Positions 1-9,892 are shown, counted from the stretch's first letter. The stretch: DNA of 64,000 bases from Bdellovibrionales bacterium (GCA_965199825.1 OZ241329.1:160001-224000); one strand, 5' to 3'. The notes: generated by a model not told the origin, from the letters alone. Program-made: numbers and translations.

Positions 1-1
1 C

Positions 2-547
2 GGAGCCTTTGATATCTCAAATGTTATCGAATCACTCAATCGCAAGATGCTGCGACGTCATCCTCATGTTTTTGGCACCACAAAGGCCACATCGATTGAT
101 GAAATCCAAAAAAATTGGGATGAAATCAAAAAGGTCGAAAAACCAAAAGAGTCTATTTTTAGTTTTCCAAAGTCCCTTTCGGCACTGATCGTGTCACAAA
201 AAATTGGTGAAAAAAGTGGAAATTACAAATTCGATTGGTCAACAAGCTCAGAGGTTTTTGAAAAAGTGCGCGAAGAATTTTTGGAACTCGAAGAGGCCTT
301 GGCCGCAAACGATCAACAGCATCAGGGCGAAGAGATCGGAGATCTTTTGTTTACCCTGACCCAACTTGCGCGACACTCAAAACTTGATGGTGAAACTGTT
401 TTAAGACAAACCAATCAACGATTTGAAAAACGGTTTTTAAAATTGCTTGAGCTCCAAAAACTAGATCCCAATCAAAATCTTGAAGTGTTGTGGCAAAGAT
501 CAAAAAAAATTATTGCCGACGAAAGCGCCTCGTTAACAACGAAGTAA
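2..547 (+). CDS. mazG: Nucleoside triphosphate pyrophosphohydrolase MazG, 3' part (5' end outside window)
   Basis: Frame open from base 2; motifs KMLRRHPHVFG, KVREEFLEL, EEIGDLLF, NQRFEKRF. Confidence 0.88.
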   Translation, partial: GAFDISNVIESLNRKMLRRHPHVFGTTKATSIDEIQKNWDEIKKVEKPKESIFSFPKSLSALIVSQKIGEKSGNYKFDWSTSSEVFEKVREEFLELEEALAANDQQHQGEEIGDLLFTLTQLARHSKLDGETVLRQTNQRFEKRFLKLLELQKLDPNQNLEVLWQRSKKIIADESASLTTK

Positions 548-2117
548 ATTGTTGGGCTTCGTTTGAGCGCAGCAACAGTGTTACCCCGATATAAACAAAA
601 CCACCGACGATCACTGTCACCGTCAGCCCAAAAACCTGGGCAATATTTAAACTCACAAAAGCTTTAAACTGGGCAAAACAAAACTGATAAATCGGATCAA
701 GACAAAGTGCCATCAAAGCTGCAGCAGGTAGCATGGGCAAAAGACTCTTAATTAATCTCACCAGAGGAAGTTTTCCGATCATAAATCGAAATGCAAAAAT
801 CAAAAGCAGCAGATTGACCGCGGCCGAAAGTGTGGTCGAAGACATCAACCCAGGAAGCCCATAGAGCTCGACAAAATACTGCGCCAAAAAATAATGAATA
901 ATCAAACTCACGGCGCCTGCAAGCGCAGGATACCAGGTGTTTTGAACCGCATAAAATCCAGGAACAATGAGGCGCGCCACACTCGAGATCAATAGCAACA
1001 CCGAATAAATTTGCGAAATTTGTGCGGTTGCGATTGCCTCGGTCAAGCGATCGGGCCCACGGTAAAAAAGCACCTGCACCAAAGGAAGTGCCAGAAAATA
1101 CATTCCTACCGCAGAAGGAATAGACAAAAATAAAAGAAAGCTCAAATTTTTGGAAAGCACTTGAAGCATCTCTTCTTTTTTACCCACACTCCAGAGTTGC
1201 GAAAGTGTGGGCAAAAGGGCTGCACCCAAACTGATTGCGATCAAACTTTGTGGGAGCTCCAGCAATCGATCCGCCGCATACACAAAAGAATGGGATCCTT
1301 CTTTGAGGCGCGAGGCAAAACTCATATTGACCAAGGTGGTCAGCTGCAAAACTCCCAATCCTAAAATTCCGGGAGCCATATTCCTTAAAACTTTCCACAC
1401 TCCAGGAAGGCGAGTTTTTAAAGTCAGCCGCGGCAAATAGCCGAGTCGGTACAATTGAACTGCAACCATCACCGCTTGGCCAAACCCGCCGGCGATCACT
1501 CCCCACGCCAAAATATCTCCGGGTCGCCCCCAAGTTTGGGGAAGGAGCGATGAAATAATGCAGATCAAATTAAAAAGAGCAGGAGCAAGAGCCGCGATCA
1601 GGAATTTTTTAAGCGCATTGGCGATCGCCATATAATAGGCATAGGTCGTCACCAAAAAAAGATAGCCAAACATAATCTGGCTTAAAGCGACCGTCTGCTC
1701 AAATTTCCCGGGGACTGACAAATAGCCTTCGCCACTGAGCAAAAATCCTAATATCTCGCGCATATAGAGAATACCTAGGACCGATAAAGTCGAGGTCACA
1801 ATCCACAGCACCGTATTGATTGCTGAGGATAAGGCCTTGGCGCGGGCTTCTCGAACCTCTTTAGGAAAACTTTCGGGGCTTGAAAGTTGCTCGATAAAAA
1901 TCGGAATAAAGCTAACCGAAAGCGAGCCCTCACCCAAGAGCCTGCGAAACATATTGGGGAGTCGAAACGAAACCACAAAGGCATCGGTGATGGTCTTCGA
2001 GAAGAAGGCAAATAAGATTTGATCGCGAATCATGCCCAAAATGCGGCTAGCGAGGGTTCCCAAGGACATCAGTGCGGCTGAACGCACCACCGAGGAGCTT
2101 TTATTCGACTCGGACAA
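510..2117 (-). CDS. murJ: Lipid II flippase MurJ (MviN)
   Basis: SRILGMIRD, DAFVVSFRLPNMFRRLLGEGSLS, ADRLLELP; many transmembrane segments; divergent from rpsT. Confidence 0.95.
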   Translation of the reverse strand: MSESNKSSSVVRSAALMSLGTLASRILGMIRDQILFAFFSKTITDAFVVSFRLPNMFRRLLGEGSLSVSFIPIFIEQLSSPESFPKEVREARAKALSSAINTVLWIVTSTLSVLGILYMREILGFLLSGEGYLSVPGKFEQTVALSQIMFGYLFLVTTYAYYMAIANALKKFLIAALAPALFNLICIISSLLPQTWGRPGDILAWGVIAGGFGQAVMVAVQLYRLGYLPRLTLKTRLPGVWKVLRNMAPGILGLGVLQLTTLVNMSFASRLKEGSHSFVYAADRLLELPQSLIAISLGAALLPTLSQLWSVGKKEEMLQVLSKNLSFLLFLSIPSAVGMYFLALPLVQVLFYRGPDRLTEAIATAQISQIYSVLLLISSVARLIVPGFYAVQNTWYPALAGAVSLIIHYFLAQYFVELYGLPGLMSSTTLSAAVNLLLLIFAFRFMIGKLPLVRLIKSLLPMLPAAALMALCLDPIYQFCFAQFKAFVSLNIAQVFGLTVTVIVGGFVYIGVTLLLRSNEAQQFTSLLTRRFRRQ

Positions 2118-2189
2118 GGGACTCCTTGAAACACATGTGGAATGAGGTTATAGGTTCAGGCTTTAAAGTAAATCATTGGAGGTTCTCAC

Positions 2190-2456
2190 TTGGCAAATTT
2201 AAAGTCGGCAGCAAAGCGCGCGCGCCAGTCGCCAAAAAAACAGGCGACAAATATGAAAACAAAAAACTCTGTCCGCACATTTGAAAAAAAATTGCGTGTT
2301 GCAATCGCTGCTAAGGACATGACCACATCTCAAACTTTACTGAAAGATGTGGCATCCAAACTCGATAAAGCAGCCACCAAAGGTGTGATCCATAGAAAAA
2401 CTGCGGCTCGAAAAGTGTCTCGCCTTGCTACCCAGGTCAAAAGCCTTCAAGCCTAA
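2190..2456 (+). CDS. rpsT: 30S ribosomal protein S20
   Basis: MANLKSAAKRARQ and LDKAATKGVIHRKTAARKVSRL; TTG start with GGAGG upstream. Confidence 0.96.
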   Translation: MANLKSAAKRARQSPKKQATNMKTKNSVRTFEKKLRVAIAAKDMTTSQTLLKDVASKLDKAATKGVIHRKTAARKVSRLATQVKSLQA

Positions 2457-2466
2457 ATCAACTCGA

Positions 2467-2500
2467 TGAGCTTTTTTCTTTTTTGATGAGGAAAAGCTCA
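2467..2500. terminator. Hairpin between convergent rpsT and PilZ genes
   Basis: TGAGCTTTT...AAAAGCTCA inverted repeat. Confidence 0.5.
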
Positions 2501-2518
2501 CGACCGAAATTACTTGAA

Positions 2519-2827
2519 TTAGCGCGCGGATGACGAAACGAAGTTTCTAACTGCCCGTTTTGCCGGAAAATCAAGATTCTGAAATCCAATTCCATAGAGT
2601 TGTTCTTTTTGATTATAAAGAACTTCGGATCGCACCACGAGTTGGGCTCCCTCAGGCAATCGAAACGTAACTAAGATCAACTGACCCACCAAAAGTTTTT
2701 GTTGGGTAAAAATCAACATCCCGCCTTCGCCCAATTGAAGTGAACTGCACACCTCATAATGGCCTTCACACAAGAGACCGACCTTGGCTTTTAATTTTCG
2801 ACGTGGAACTTTGCGATGCGCAGACAT
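2519..2827 (-). CDS. Single-domain PilZ protein
   Basis: RKVPR (RxxxR), QLGEGGM (degenerate D/NxSxxG), YGIGF; about 100 aa. Confidence 0.75.
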   Translation of the reverse strand: MSAHRKVPRRKLKAKVGLLCEGHYEVCSSLQLGEGGMLIFTQQKLLVGQLILVTFRLPEGAQLVVRSEVLYNQKEQLYGIGFQNLDFPAKRAVRNFVSSSAR

Positions 2828-2864
2828 AAGGCCTTTTCGGTGCATCGTCCAACAAGCTCGAGTC

Positions 2865-3869
2865 CTAGAGATCGCGGCAGGTTTGCAAAATAAAATTCTC
2901 GAGCCAAATATGGGGCGAGATGGGTGAGCTTTTGAGCGCTCGATCGGTCTCGAGCAAAGAATGAAGGGTTTGCTTAATCTTTGGCTGCTTCCAGCGTTTG
3001 GCTTGCGATAAATATTCGGTTAAAAAAAACTGCGGGATCCCGGCCTTGGTCGCAAGCTTGATTCCGCTTAGTCCTTGGTCGAGTCCATCATTTAAGTTGG
3101 CGATGATCCGAATATGTCTGGTGATCAAAGCAAGAGCGCCCACCTCGTTTTGACCTTGCTCAAGCAAATGGGCAAGTGACGTCAAAGCCTGAGCCCGATC
3201 ATTTTTGCCAATCGCATTTGCAAGTTCAAACACACTCTCAACCCGTGACTGCGACACCACTTGCATCACATCTTCGGCCCGAATTTCGGTGCGATCTCCG
3301 AGATAAGCTTGGAGTTTTACGATTTCATTATTGATCTCTGCGAGATTGATTCCGACAAATTGTTCGATCAGCTCGATGGCTTCTTTATGAATGGTCAAAC
3401 CCGATTTTCGTGCGATGTAGTCAATCCACATGGGCATTTGATTTTCAAAAGGTCGTTTGAGTTCAACGATCACGCCATTGTCGTAAATTTTTTTGTAGTA
3501 CTTTTTTCGTTTATCGATTTTTTCGGCAACCAAAATAAATGTGGTCGACTCCACTGGCGAATCAAATAATGGAAATAAAACTTCCCAATCTTTTTCTTTG
3601 AGCACATCCACATTGCGATAAATCACCACGCGGCGCGGACTCATCATCGGCAGCATCTCGGCGGTGTCGCGCACATGGGAGGCTTGAGTGTCAGGGGCAA
3701 AAAATGAATCCGAATTAAAATCGAGATTCACATCTTGGAGAGCTGCGGTCTTAAGAGCGCTCAAGGCCTCTTGAATCAAAAAAAGATCTTCGCTTGCAAT
3801 CAAGTAAAGGGTTTGAACCGTTTTACTTTCGCAGTTGAGCTGAAGCTTTCGTAAATCCCAAACCGCCAC
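2865..3869 (-). CDS. holA: DNA polymerase III delta subunit
   Basis: LPMMSPRRVV, KIDKRKK, NEIVKL, SVFELANAI, LLETDRALKSS; follows lptE. Confidence 0.92.
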   Translation of the reverse strand: MAVWDLRKLQLNCESKTVQTLYLIASEDLFLIQEALSALKTAALQDVNLDFNSDSFFAPDTQASHVRDTAEMLPMMSPRRVVIYRNVDVLKEKDWEVLFPLFDSPVESTTFILVAEKIDKRKKYYKKIYDNGVIVELKRPFENQMPMWIDYIARKSGLTIHKEAIELIEQFVGINLAEINNEIVKLQAYLGDRTEIRAEDVMQVVSQSRVESVFELANAIGKNDRAQALTSLAHLLEQGQNEVGALALITRHIRIIANLNDGLDQGLSGIKLATKAGIPQFFLTEYLSQAKRWKQPKIKQTLHSLLETDRALKSSPISPHIWLENFILQTCRDL

Positions 3870-3872
3870 GTT

Positions 3873-4430
3873 TTAAAAATTCTCCGTGAGCGAATCGTGG
3901 GCCTCTTCCATCATTTCATCAGCGAGGCGCGAAATTGTTTGGAGCCGGCTGCTTTGATTGTAAAGAGGGTCCGCCGAATTAATAAACGGCAGGGTCACTC
4001 GAGGAGCCGAATACACACGCTCGCGGCTAAACGCTTGCTCCCAAATGATGCGTTGATCTGATTTTCTACGCAGGCGCAAATTCACAGTGAGAGTGATTCG
4101 ATTTTCGGTATTTAAAACGGTGTCCACCGGAAAATCGGGTGATGTCGAGTTGCCTTGAATAATCTGAACCGAAGGCAAAACATCGACCCTGCGGATTTCA
4201 CCCTCAAGGGTGAGGGGCGAATCATCTTTGCTCATCAGTTTTGCAACACGCGAGCGTTCGAATTCACGGCGCAAGGCATTCGTAAAATAAGTCTCGATAC
4301 TGACTTCATCACTGCGGTTTGAAAAAACTGGGATCGCCAATTGATCATAGCCGCCAGGCAACGCCCGACCGCGATCACCGAGGTGATAGGCGCATGAGGT
4401 TAAAACAAAAATCATCCAAATCCATTTCAT
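3873..4430 (-). CDS. lptE: LptE-family lipoprotein
   Basis: Lipobox LTSC-AY, IPVFSNRS; conserved lptE-holA order. Confidence 0.8.
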   Translation of the reverse strand: MKWIWMIFVLTSCAYHLGDRGRALPGGYDQLAIPVFSNRSDEVSIETYFTNALRREFERSRVAKLMSKDDSPLTLEGEIRRVDVLPSVQIIQGNSTSPDFPVDTVLNTENRITLTVNLRLRRKSDQRIIWEQAFSRERVYSAPRVTLPFINSADPLYNQSSRLQTISRLADEMMEEAHDSLTENF

Positions 4431-4503
4431 CGAATAATAAACTAGCGATGCCACTTCAAAAATTCAACTTCTGCCTGAATGCCTTTTGCACTATAGCTAA
4501 TTT

Positions 4504-5661
4504 ATGTCGAATCCCTATCTTTTGATGGCCCCTGGCCCTGTTCAACTCGCCCCTGAAGTTCTTGAAGCGCTGGCGGAGCCGATGATTCACCATCGAACAC
4601 CTGAATTTGATCAGATTCTAAAGCGGGTGCTCGAGCGCTTGCCCGCGGTTTTTAAAACTTCTGAGCCGGTGATGATGATTTCATCCACAGGTTCGGGCGC
4701 AATGGAGGCGGCCCTTATCAATACTCTCTCCACAGGAGACGAAGTTCTGGCGATCGTGTCGGGTAAATTTGGCGAGCGTTGGAGTCAGATGGCTCAACGT
4801 TTTGGACTCAAAGTCCATGAGCTCCAAGTGCCGTGGGGTGAGGCGGTGGATCTTTCGATATTAGAAAAAAAAATGCGCGCGCATCCCCGGCTCAAAGCGG
4901 TGCTCACCCAGGCCTGTGAGACCAGTACGGCGACTTTGCACCCGGTCCAAAAAATTTCTGAGTTGGTTCAGCGCTTAACTCCAGAGGCTCTGCTGATGGT
5001 CGATGCGATCACCGCTATTGGTGCAACCCCATTACCAATGGATGAGTGGCAACTCGATGTGGTGGTTGCAGGATCGCAAAAAGCTTTTATGTTACCCACG
5101 GGTTTGAGTTTTGTGGCGCTTTCAAAAAAAGCCTGGAAGGCCAACGCGAGTGCCAATCTGCCGCGCTTTTATTTTGATTTATTATTTGAAAAAAACAGCA
5201 ATCAAAAAGGTGAAACCTATTTTAGTTCGAATGTGGTCTTGATTAAAGCTTTGGATCGAGTGCTTCATCGATTTGAAAATCTCGAAGTCTCAATCCATCG
5301 CTGTCAGGCCTATGCCGAATTTACCCGCCAAGTGGCAAGCGAGCTTTTGCGCATGGACACGTATTCTCGCTCACCTGCTCCATCGGTCACCGCACTCAAA
5401 GTCCCAAGTGTTGTTGATGGAAAAAAACTGCGCCTCCAACTTGAGAGCAAATACAATGTCACCGTGATGGGTGGCCAAGATCAGCTGCAAGGAAAAATTT
5501 TGCGGATTGGACATCTTGGTTATGTGCAAAAAAAAGATCTGGTTGATACCCTAACCTATTTAGGAATGAGTTTTAATGATCTCGGATATGCGGTTGAAAA
5601 ATCGGCACTCGCCCGTATCGCTCCTGCCGCCGAGACCTTTTTAAAAGATGTGACGTTATGA
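4504..5661 (+). CDS. Class V PLP aminotransferase (serine/alanine-glyoxylate type)
   Basis: PGPV, HHRTPEF, SGAMEAA, ETST, DAIT, GSQKAFMLPTG, LRIGHLG. Confidence 0.9.
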   Translation: MSNPYLLMAPGPVQLAPEVLEALAEPMIHHRTPEFDQILKRVLERLPAVFKTSEPVMMISSTGSGAMEAALINTLSTGDEVLAIVSGKFGERWSQMAQRFGLKVHELQVPWGEAVDLSILEKKMRAHPRLKAVLTQACETSTATLHPVQKISELVQRLTPEALLMVDAITAIGATPLPMDEWQLDVVVAGSQKAFMLPTGLSFVALSKKAWKANASANLPRFYFDLLFEKNSNQKGETYFSSNVVLIKALDRVLHRFENLEVSIHRCQAYAEFTRQVASELLRMDTYSRSPAPSVTALKVPSVVDGKKLRLQLESKYNVTVMGGQDQLQGKILRIGHLGYVQKKDLVDTLTYLGMSFNDLGYAVEKSALARIAPAAETFLKDVTL

Positions 5662-6638
5662 AAATTTTGGTTTCCGATTTATTCTCGAACACTGCGATCG
5701 CCCGCCTCAAAGCCAACCCAAAAATTGAACTGATTCAGTGCCTTCCAAAAGAGGTCACCACCGAAAAGCTCAAAGAGATTTCGATTTGGCTTTTGCGCTC
5801 GCGCACTCAAGTGCATAAAAAACTAATTGATGAGGCAAAGAATTTAAAGTTGGTGATCACATCCACAAGCGGATTTGATCATCTCGATATCGAAGAGCTC
5901 AAAAAAAGAAATATTATTGCGGCCTACACCCCTGATGCAAATGTTGAGAGTGCGGCTTCACACACGTGGACCTTACTTTTAGCTCTCACTCGACATTTAA
6001 ATATGGGATTTGAAGCGATCAAAAAACAAGAATGGCGCGAGAGTGTTCCTCGCGGCGAATTGCTCAAAGGAAAAACTTTGGGCTTGATGGGACTTGGACG
6101 GATCGGTCAGCGTGTGGCCCAAATGGGATTGGCTTTTGGAATGGACGTGATCGCGTTTGATCCTTATCAGTCTGACGAAGTTTTTAAAAACATCGAGCGC
6201 TCGGGACAAGCCGAAGTTTTTAGGGCGAGTGATGTGTTGTCGCTTCATGTGCCGCTCACAAAAGAAACTTTTAGAATGATTAATCATGCGACCCTTCATA
6301 ATCTCAATCCCGATGCCTATCTGATCAACACGTCGCGGGGTTCGGTGATTGAAGAAACCGAATTGTGCGAGGCTTTAGATGAAGGCATTTTGCGCGGTGT
6401 TGCTCTTGATGTTTTCGAGCGCGAGCCATTGGTCAAAACCTCAAAATTACGAGGACGAAAAAATGTGATTTTATCTCCGCATCTTGGTGCCTACACCGCA
6501 GAGGCTTTGGAATCTGCAAGTCATCAAGCGGTCGATCAGGTGGAGCAATTTTTGAGTGAGAAACCGGTGGCAAATACTTTGCCTTTAACGGCTCCCTGGT
6601 ATGAACTCATTGGCCATTGGCCAGGAAAGGAAATGTAA
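5658..6638 (+). CDS. D-2-hydroxyacid / phosphoglycerate dehydrogenase (short SerA-like, no ACT domain)
   Basis: GKTLGLMGLGRIG, LHVPLT, INTSRG, LDVFEREP, SPHLGAYT; ATGA overlap with upstream gene. Confidence 0.87.
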   Translation: MKILVSDLFSNTAIARLKANPKIELIQCLPKEVTTEKLKEISIWLLRSRTQVHKKLIDEAKNLKLVITSTSGFDHLDIEELKKRNIIAAYTPDANVESAASHTWTLLLALTRHLNMGFEAIKKQEWRESVPRGELLKGKTLGLMGLGRIGQRVAQMGLAFGMDVIAFDPYQSDEVFKNIERSGQAEVFRASDVLSLHVPLTKETFRMINHATLHNLNPDAYLINTSRGSVIEETELCEALDEGILRGVALDVFEREPLVKTSKLRGRKNVILSPHLGAYTAEALESASHQAVDQVEQFLSEKPVANTLPLTAPWYELIGHWPGKEM

Positions 6639-7930
6639 TGCCCGGAATTATTGTTGTTGGTGCTCAGTGGGGCGATGAGGGGAAAGGCAAGGTCGTCGAT
6701 ATCTTTTCGGCCCAGGCCGATTTTGTGGTGCGCTATCAAGGCGGCGCCAATGCCGGTCACACGTTGATGGTCGAAGGCAAAAAAACGATTCTCCATCTTG
6801 TGCCTTCGGGCGTTTTGCATCCTCACACCACTTGTGTCATTGCAGCCGGCGTGGTTTTGGATGTCGAAAAAATTGTTGAAGAGATTCAAGCTCTGAAGCA
6901 AGCCGGTCTACTTAAAAATTCAAAGCAATTGATGATTTCAGATTCGTGCACATTGATTTTGCCCTATCATCGCGTGCTCGATCAAATGCGCGAGCAAGCG
7001 GCCAAGACCGAAAAAATCGGAACTACCGGCAAAGGCATAGGCCCCGCCTACGAAGACCGCGCTTCGCGCACCGCAATTTTGTTTGGTGATTTGTTTTCGC
7101 GCGACACATTAAAAGCAAAACTCGAAGCGTCTTTAAGAGAAAAAAACTTTTTGCTCGAACGCTTTTATCAACACGAACCTTTCTCAGTAAATGAATTGAT
7201 GGAGCAGCTTGGTCCCTTAACCGAGGAGCTTTTGCCCTATCGTTGCAAAGACACTTCGCTGGCGATTTATCGCGCGCTTAAATCAGGGCGCAAAGTTTTG
7301 TTCGAAGGTGCTCAAGGAAGTTTGCTTGATCTGTTGCATGGCACTTATCCCTTTGTAACGAGCTCTTCGACACTTGCGGGCTCTGCCCTGATCGGCTCAG
7401 GCATTGGGCCCACCCTCGTCCAAAAAGTTGTGGCCATTGCCAAAGGCTACACCACACGCGTGGGCTCAGGTCCTTTTCCCACCGAGTGCATGGATCAAGA
7501 GGGTGTCGAGATGCAAACCCGCGGGGCCGAGTTTGGTGCAACCACCGGCCGCCCAAGGCGTTGTGGATGGCTCGACTTAGTTGCTCTAAAATATGCGATT
7601 CGTTTGAATGGCATCACCAATATTGCGTTGATGAAAATTGATGTCTTGAGTGGTTTTGAAAAATTAAAAGTCTGCACCTCGTATGAGCTCGATGGACAAA
7701 TCATTAGTGAATACCCGGTCAGTCCCGGTGATCTTGCCAAGTGCAAACCGGTCTATGAAACCTTGAGCGGTTGGAAAGAGGATTTGTCGCAAGCAAAATC
7801 GATGAAGGATCTTCCGCGCAACGCTCAGGAGTATGTCAATTTTGTGGGTGCAGAGTTGGGAATTCCGATCGATGTGGTTTCAATTGGACCCGGTCGCGAC
7901 CAAACTTTGTGGATAAAACCATTATTCTGA
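6638..7930 (+). CDS. purA: Adenylosuccinate synthetase
   Basis: GAQWGDEGKGK, GGANAGHT, IGTTGKGIGPAY, GATTGRPRRCGW. Confidence 0.98.
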   Translation: MPGIIVVGAQWGDEGKGKVVDIFSAQADFVVRYQGGANAGHTLMVEGKKTILHLVPSGVLHPHTTCVIAAGVVLDVEKIVEEIQALKQAGLLKNSKQLMISDSCTLILPYHRVLDQMREQAAKTEKIGTTGKGIGPAYEDRASRTAILFGDLFSRDTLKAKLEASLREKNFLLERFYQHEPFSVNELMEQLGPLTEELLPYRCKDTSLAIYRALKSGRKVLFEGAQGSLLDLLHGTYPFVTSSSTLAGSALIGSGIGPTLVQKVVAIAKGYTTRVGSGPFPTECMDQEGVEMQTRGAEFGATTGRPRRCGWLDLVALKYAIRLNGITNIALMKIDVLSGFEKLKVCTSYELDGQIISEYPVSPGDLAKCKPVYETLSGWKEDLSQAKSMKDLPRNAQEYVNFVGAELGIPIDVVSIGPGRDQTLWIKPLF

Positions 7931-8016
7931 CTTAAAGGGTCAGATTTCTCATTCGAAGGTTGACTTAAAAGTCGCCGTAATTGAAATAGAATGCTCTTTT
8001 AAAATGTTTCCATAGT

Positions 8017-8092
8017 GATCCGCTAGCTCAGCTGGTAGAGCATCTCCCTTTTAAGGAGAGGGTCGATGGTTCGAGTCCATCGCGGGTCACCA
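8017..8092 (+). tRNA. tRNA-Lys (anticodon TTT)
   Basis: Acceptor GATCCGC/GCGGGTC, anticodon arm TCTCC-CTTTTAA-GGAGA, TTCGAGT T-loop, encoded CCA. Confidence 0.97.
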
Positions 8093-8104
8093 ACTTTTTT
8101 TCTT

Positions 8105-8180
8105 GTCCCTTTCGTCTAGAGGCCTAGGACAACCCCCTTTCACGGGGTAGACACGAGTTCGAATCTCGTAAGGGACGCCA
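8105..8180 (+). tRNA. tRNA-Glu (anticodon TTC)
   Basis: Acceptor GTCCCTT/AAGGGAC, anticodon arm ACCCC-CTTTCAC-GGGGT, TTCGAAT T-loop, encoded CCA. Confidence 0.97.
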
Positions 8181-8185
8181 ACATC

Positions 8186-8260
8186 GAATTCAATATTAAA
8201 ACTGCTCAGACATTCGTTCGCCAGTAGGCGAGCCGAACTCGCATTTTTAATATTGAATTC
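8186..8260 (+). repeat. Palindromic interspersed element, copy 1
   Basis: 16-bp perfect arms GAATTCAATATTAAAA/TTTTAATATTGAATTC around core TGCTCAGACATTCGTTCGCC-AGTA-GGCGAGCCGAACTCGCA. Confidence 0.85.
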
Positions 8261-8438
8261 TCTTACCCTTGGAAACGGGAATACCTTCGTTCGCATTTTA
8301 TATATTTCTGCTAACTCACCTATATAAATATTAAATTTTTAGACAGGAGATTTACTACAAAGCGTTGGCTCTTGGAGCATATGGAAACATGAGGTTGAAA
8401 TGAGTTGCGTGCTTACCAAGATGCCACTGCACACTTCA

Positions 8439-8465
8439 GTAGAGCGACTGCCGAAAGGCAGTCGC
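8439..8465 (+). repeat. GTAG-preceded perfect hairpin (REP-like or terminator)
   Basis: GTAGA-GCGACTGCC-GAAA-GGCAGTCGC. Confidence 0.45.
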
Positions 8466-8476
8466 AAAGAAAAATC

Positions 8477-9061
8477 CTAGTTTGTAACGCCGGAAATAAA
8501 CTGGAGCGAGTTGCCGAATTCCGCGGAGATGTCACCAAAAGTCATTGTTGAACCAAGCTTTGCTTCGCACTGGACAGTGATCTCGAATCCATCTTTAAAA
8601 TTCTTGTCGGTATTCAATTTAAACATGGTGTAAGCTAAACCAGCAAATGTAACGCCTTGCTTGTGTTTTCGAATGTACAATACAGCAGTGTAAGGCCTTG
8701 CATTCGAAATGGTTTCTAAAATTTTGCACTGGCGATCGTTCTTTTCTTGCTGTGCCAAACTTATCAGTCCTGGCAAGCCATTTAGATTTGTAATCAAAAC
8801 TTGTGGCTGCAGTTCCCCTATTTTTTTTCTCAGGTCTTTGGCACTTTGCCCATAAAGTTCTGATCCGACTGCGATCAATTGGTTGAGTTCGGCAGTTTGT
8901 GCTGAATCCCTAGGGTCAACGAGAGAAGGGCTCTCCGCAATTACAGATTCGGCAACTTTTGCTCCTGCAGCGGTTGTAACAGGGGGATGATTCGAAGCGC
9001 TGTGACACGCAATTTGGGCTATTGTAGCGAGAACACTGCTGAGGATCCGGATCGATTTCAT
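8477..9061 (-). CDS. Putative lipoprotein, paralogue of the C-terminal domain of 20963..21892
   Basis: Signal peptide ending QIAC; shares QPQxLI, CxIL and GFxxxxxCExxxGxxMTF...LQFISG with 20963..21892. Confidence 0.7.
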   Translation of the reverse strand: MKSIRILSSVLATIAQIACHSASNHPPVTTAAGAKVAESVIAESPSLVDPRDSAQTAELNQLIAVGSELYGQSAKDLRKKIGELQPQVLITNLNGLPGLISLAQQEKNDRQCKILETISNARPYTAVLYIRKHKQGVTFAGLAYTMFKLNTDKNFKDGFEITVQCEAKLGSTMTFGDISAEFGNSLQFISGVTN

Positions 9062-9109
9062 TTCTACTCCTTGAACGTGAAGGCGGCGTCATTGCCACCG
9101 CGTTGGAAG

Positions 9110-9125
9110 AGCACGACGTATGCCG
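9110..9125 (-). promoter_or_regulatory. sigma54-like -24/-12 element
   Basis: CGGCATACGTCGTGCT = GG-N10-GC, about 50 nt upstream of the ATG at 9061. Confidence 0.5.
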
Positions 9126-9310
9126 ATCGAGTATGAGGTTGATTGGTTTTGTGGTATAAAAAACCGATAATTTTTTCATGAATACAAAGACTATCCTCAA
9201 TTTTAAATCATATTTTATTTATAAATAATTTTTAATAATGCAGGAGTTGAATCGCAACACGGCACCAATTCAGTATTGGTTGGAGAGGTTTGTCCGCCCT
9301 TTTTTCTGAT

Positions 9311-9757
9311 TCATTGCAAAGAAATAACTGGAACGACTTTGAAAAGTTCTTCTCCACCGAAACCGGTTTTAATTGCAGGAATATCAGCGACAATGAGTGG
9401 ACCCGATACACCGAATTTTGAAAGATAAACGCCATCACCAATATAAATCGCAAGATGAGTAAAAGACCGAACGTCATGTCCAGTCATAATGGTGTCGCCA
9501 ATTTTAACGGAAGATTCATCGGCCAATTTTTCAACTTGCCACTCTCGTAGGTCAAATCTAGCGAAGGGAAAATCAAGACCATTCAAAGAATGCACAAAAC
9601 AGAAGCAGTCGAATGGAGAACTCGCTGGACCTCCCACTCTCAAATAGTCCAAGATTCTTTCATTCATTTCACTTGATAATTTTACGGCCTTTTGTGCGCC
9701 TCTCTTAACGGTCGAGATATGAAGAGTTGCGTGTGGCGGAATATCGATTGGAACCAA
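9311..9757 (-). CDS. Hypothetical protein with NlpC/P60- or papain-like Cys/His motifs; start uncertain
   Basis: FDCFCFV, GDTI, THLAIYIGDGVYLSKFG. Confidence 0.5.
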   Translation of the reverse strand: MVPIDIPPHATLHISTVKRGAQKAVKLSSEMNERILDYLRVGGPASSPFDCFCFVHSLNGLDFPFARFDLREWQVEKLADESSVKIGDTIMTGHDVRSFTHLAIYIGDGVYLSKFGVSGPLIVADIPAIKTGFGGEELFKVVPVISLQ

Positions 9758-9820
9758 TGCGTCGATGTATCAAGATTGTTTCCCTGGGATAGCCGTCCGA
9801 ATTGCTTAAACCACATCTCA

Positions 9821-9892
9821 ATTTCAATATTAAAAATGCTCAGACATCCGTTCGCCTTTGGCGAGCCGAACTCGCATTTTAATTAGTGATTT
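9821..9892 (+). repeat. Palindromic interspersed element, copy 2
   Basis: TTCAATATTAAAAATGCTCAGACATCCGTTCGCC-TTT-GGCGAGCCGAACTCGCATTTT; same orientation as copy 1. Confidence 0.85.

Noticed and set aside
510..547. Overlap of mazG and murJ 3' ends
   Set aside because: Short convergent overlaps are common in compact genomes
8087..8296. 69-aa minus-strand ORF
   Set aside because: Antisense to tRNA-Glu and the palindromic element
9253..9268. sigma54-like site TGGTGCCGTGTTGC
   Set aside because: GG to GC spacing is 9, not 10, and no convincing gene follows
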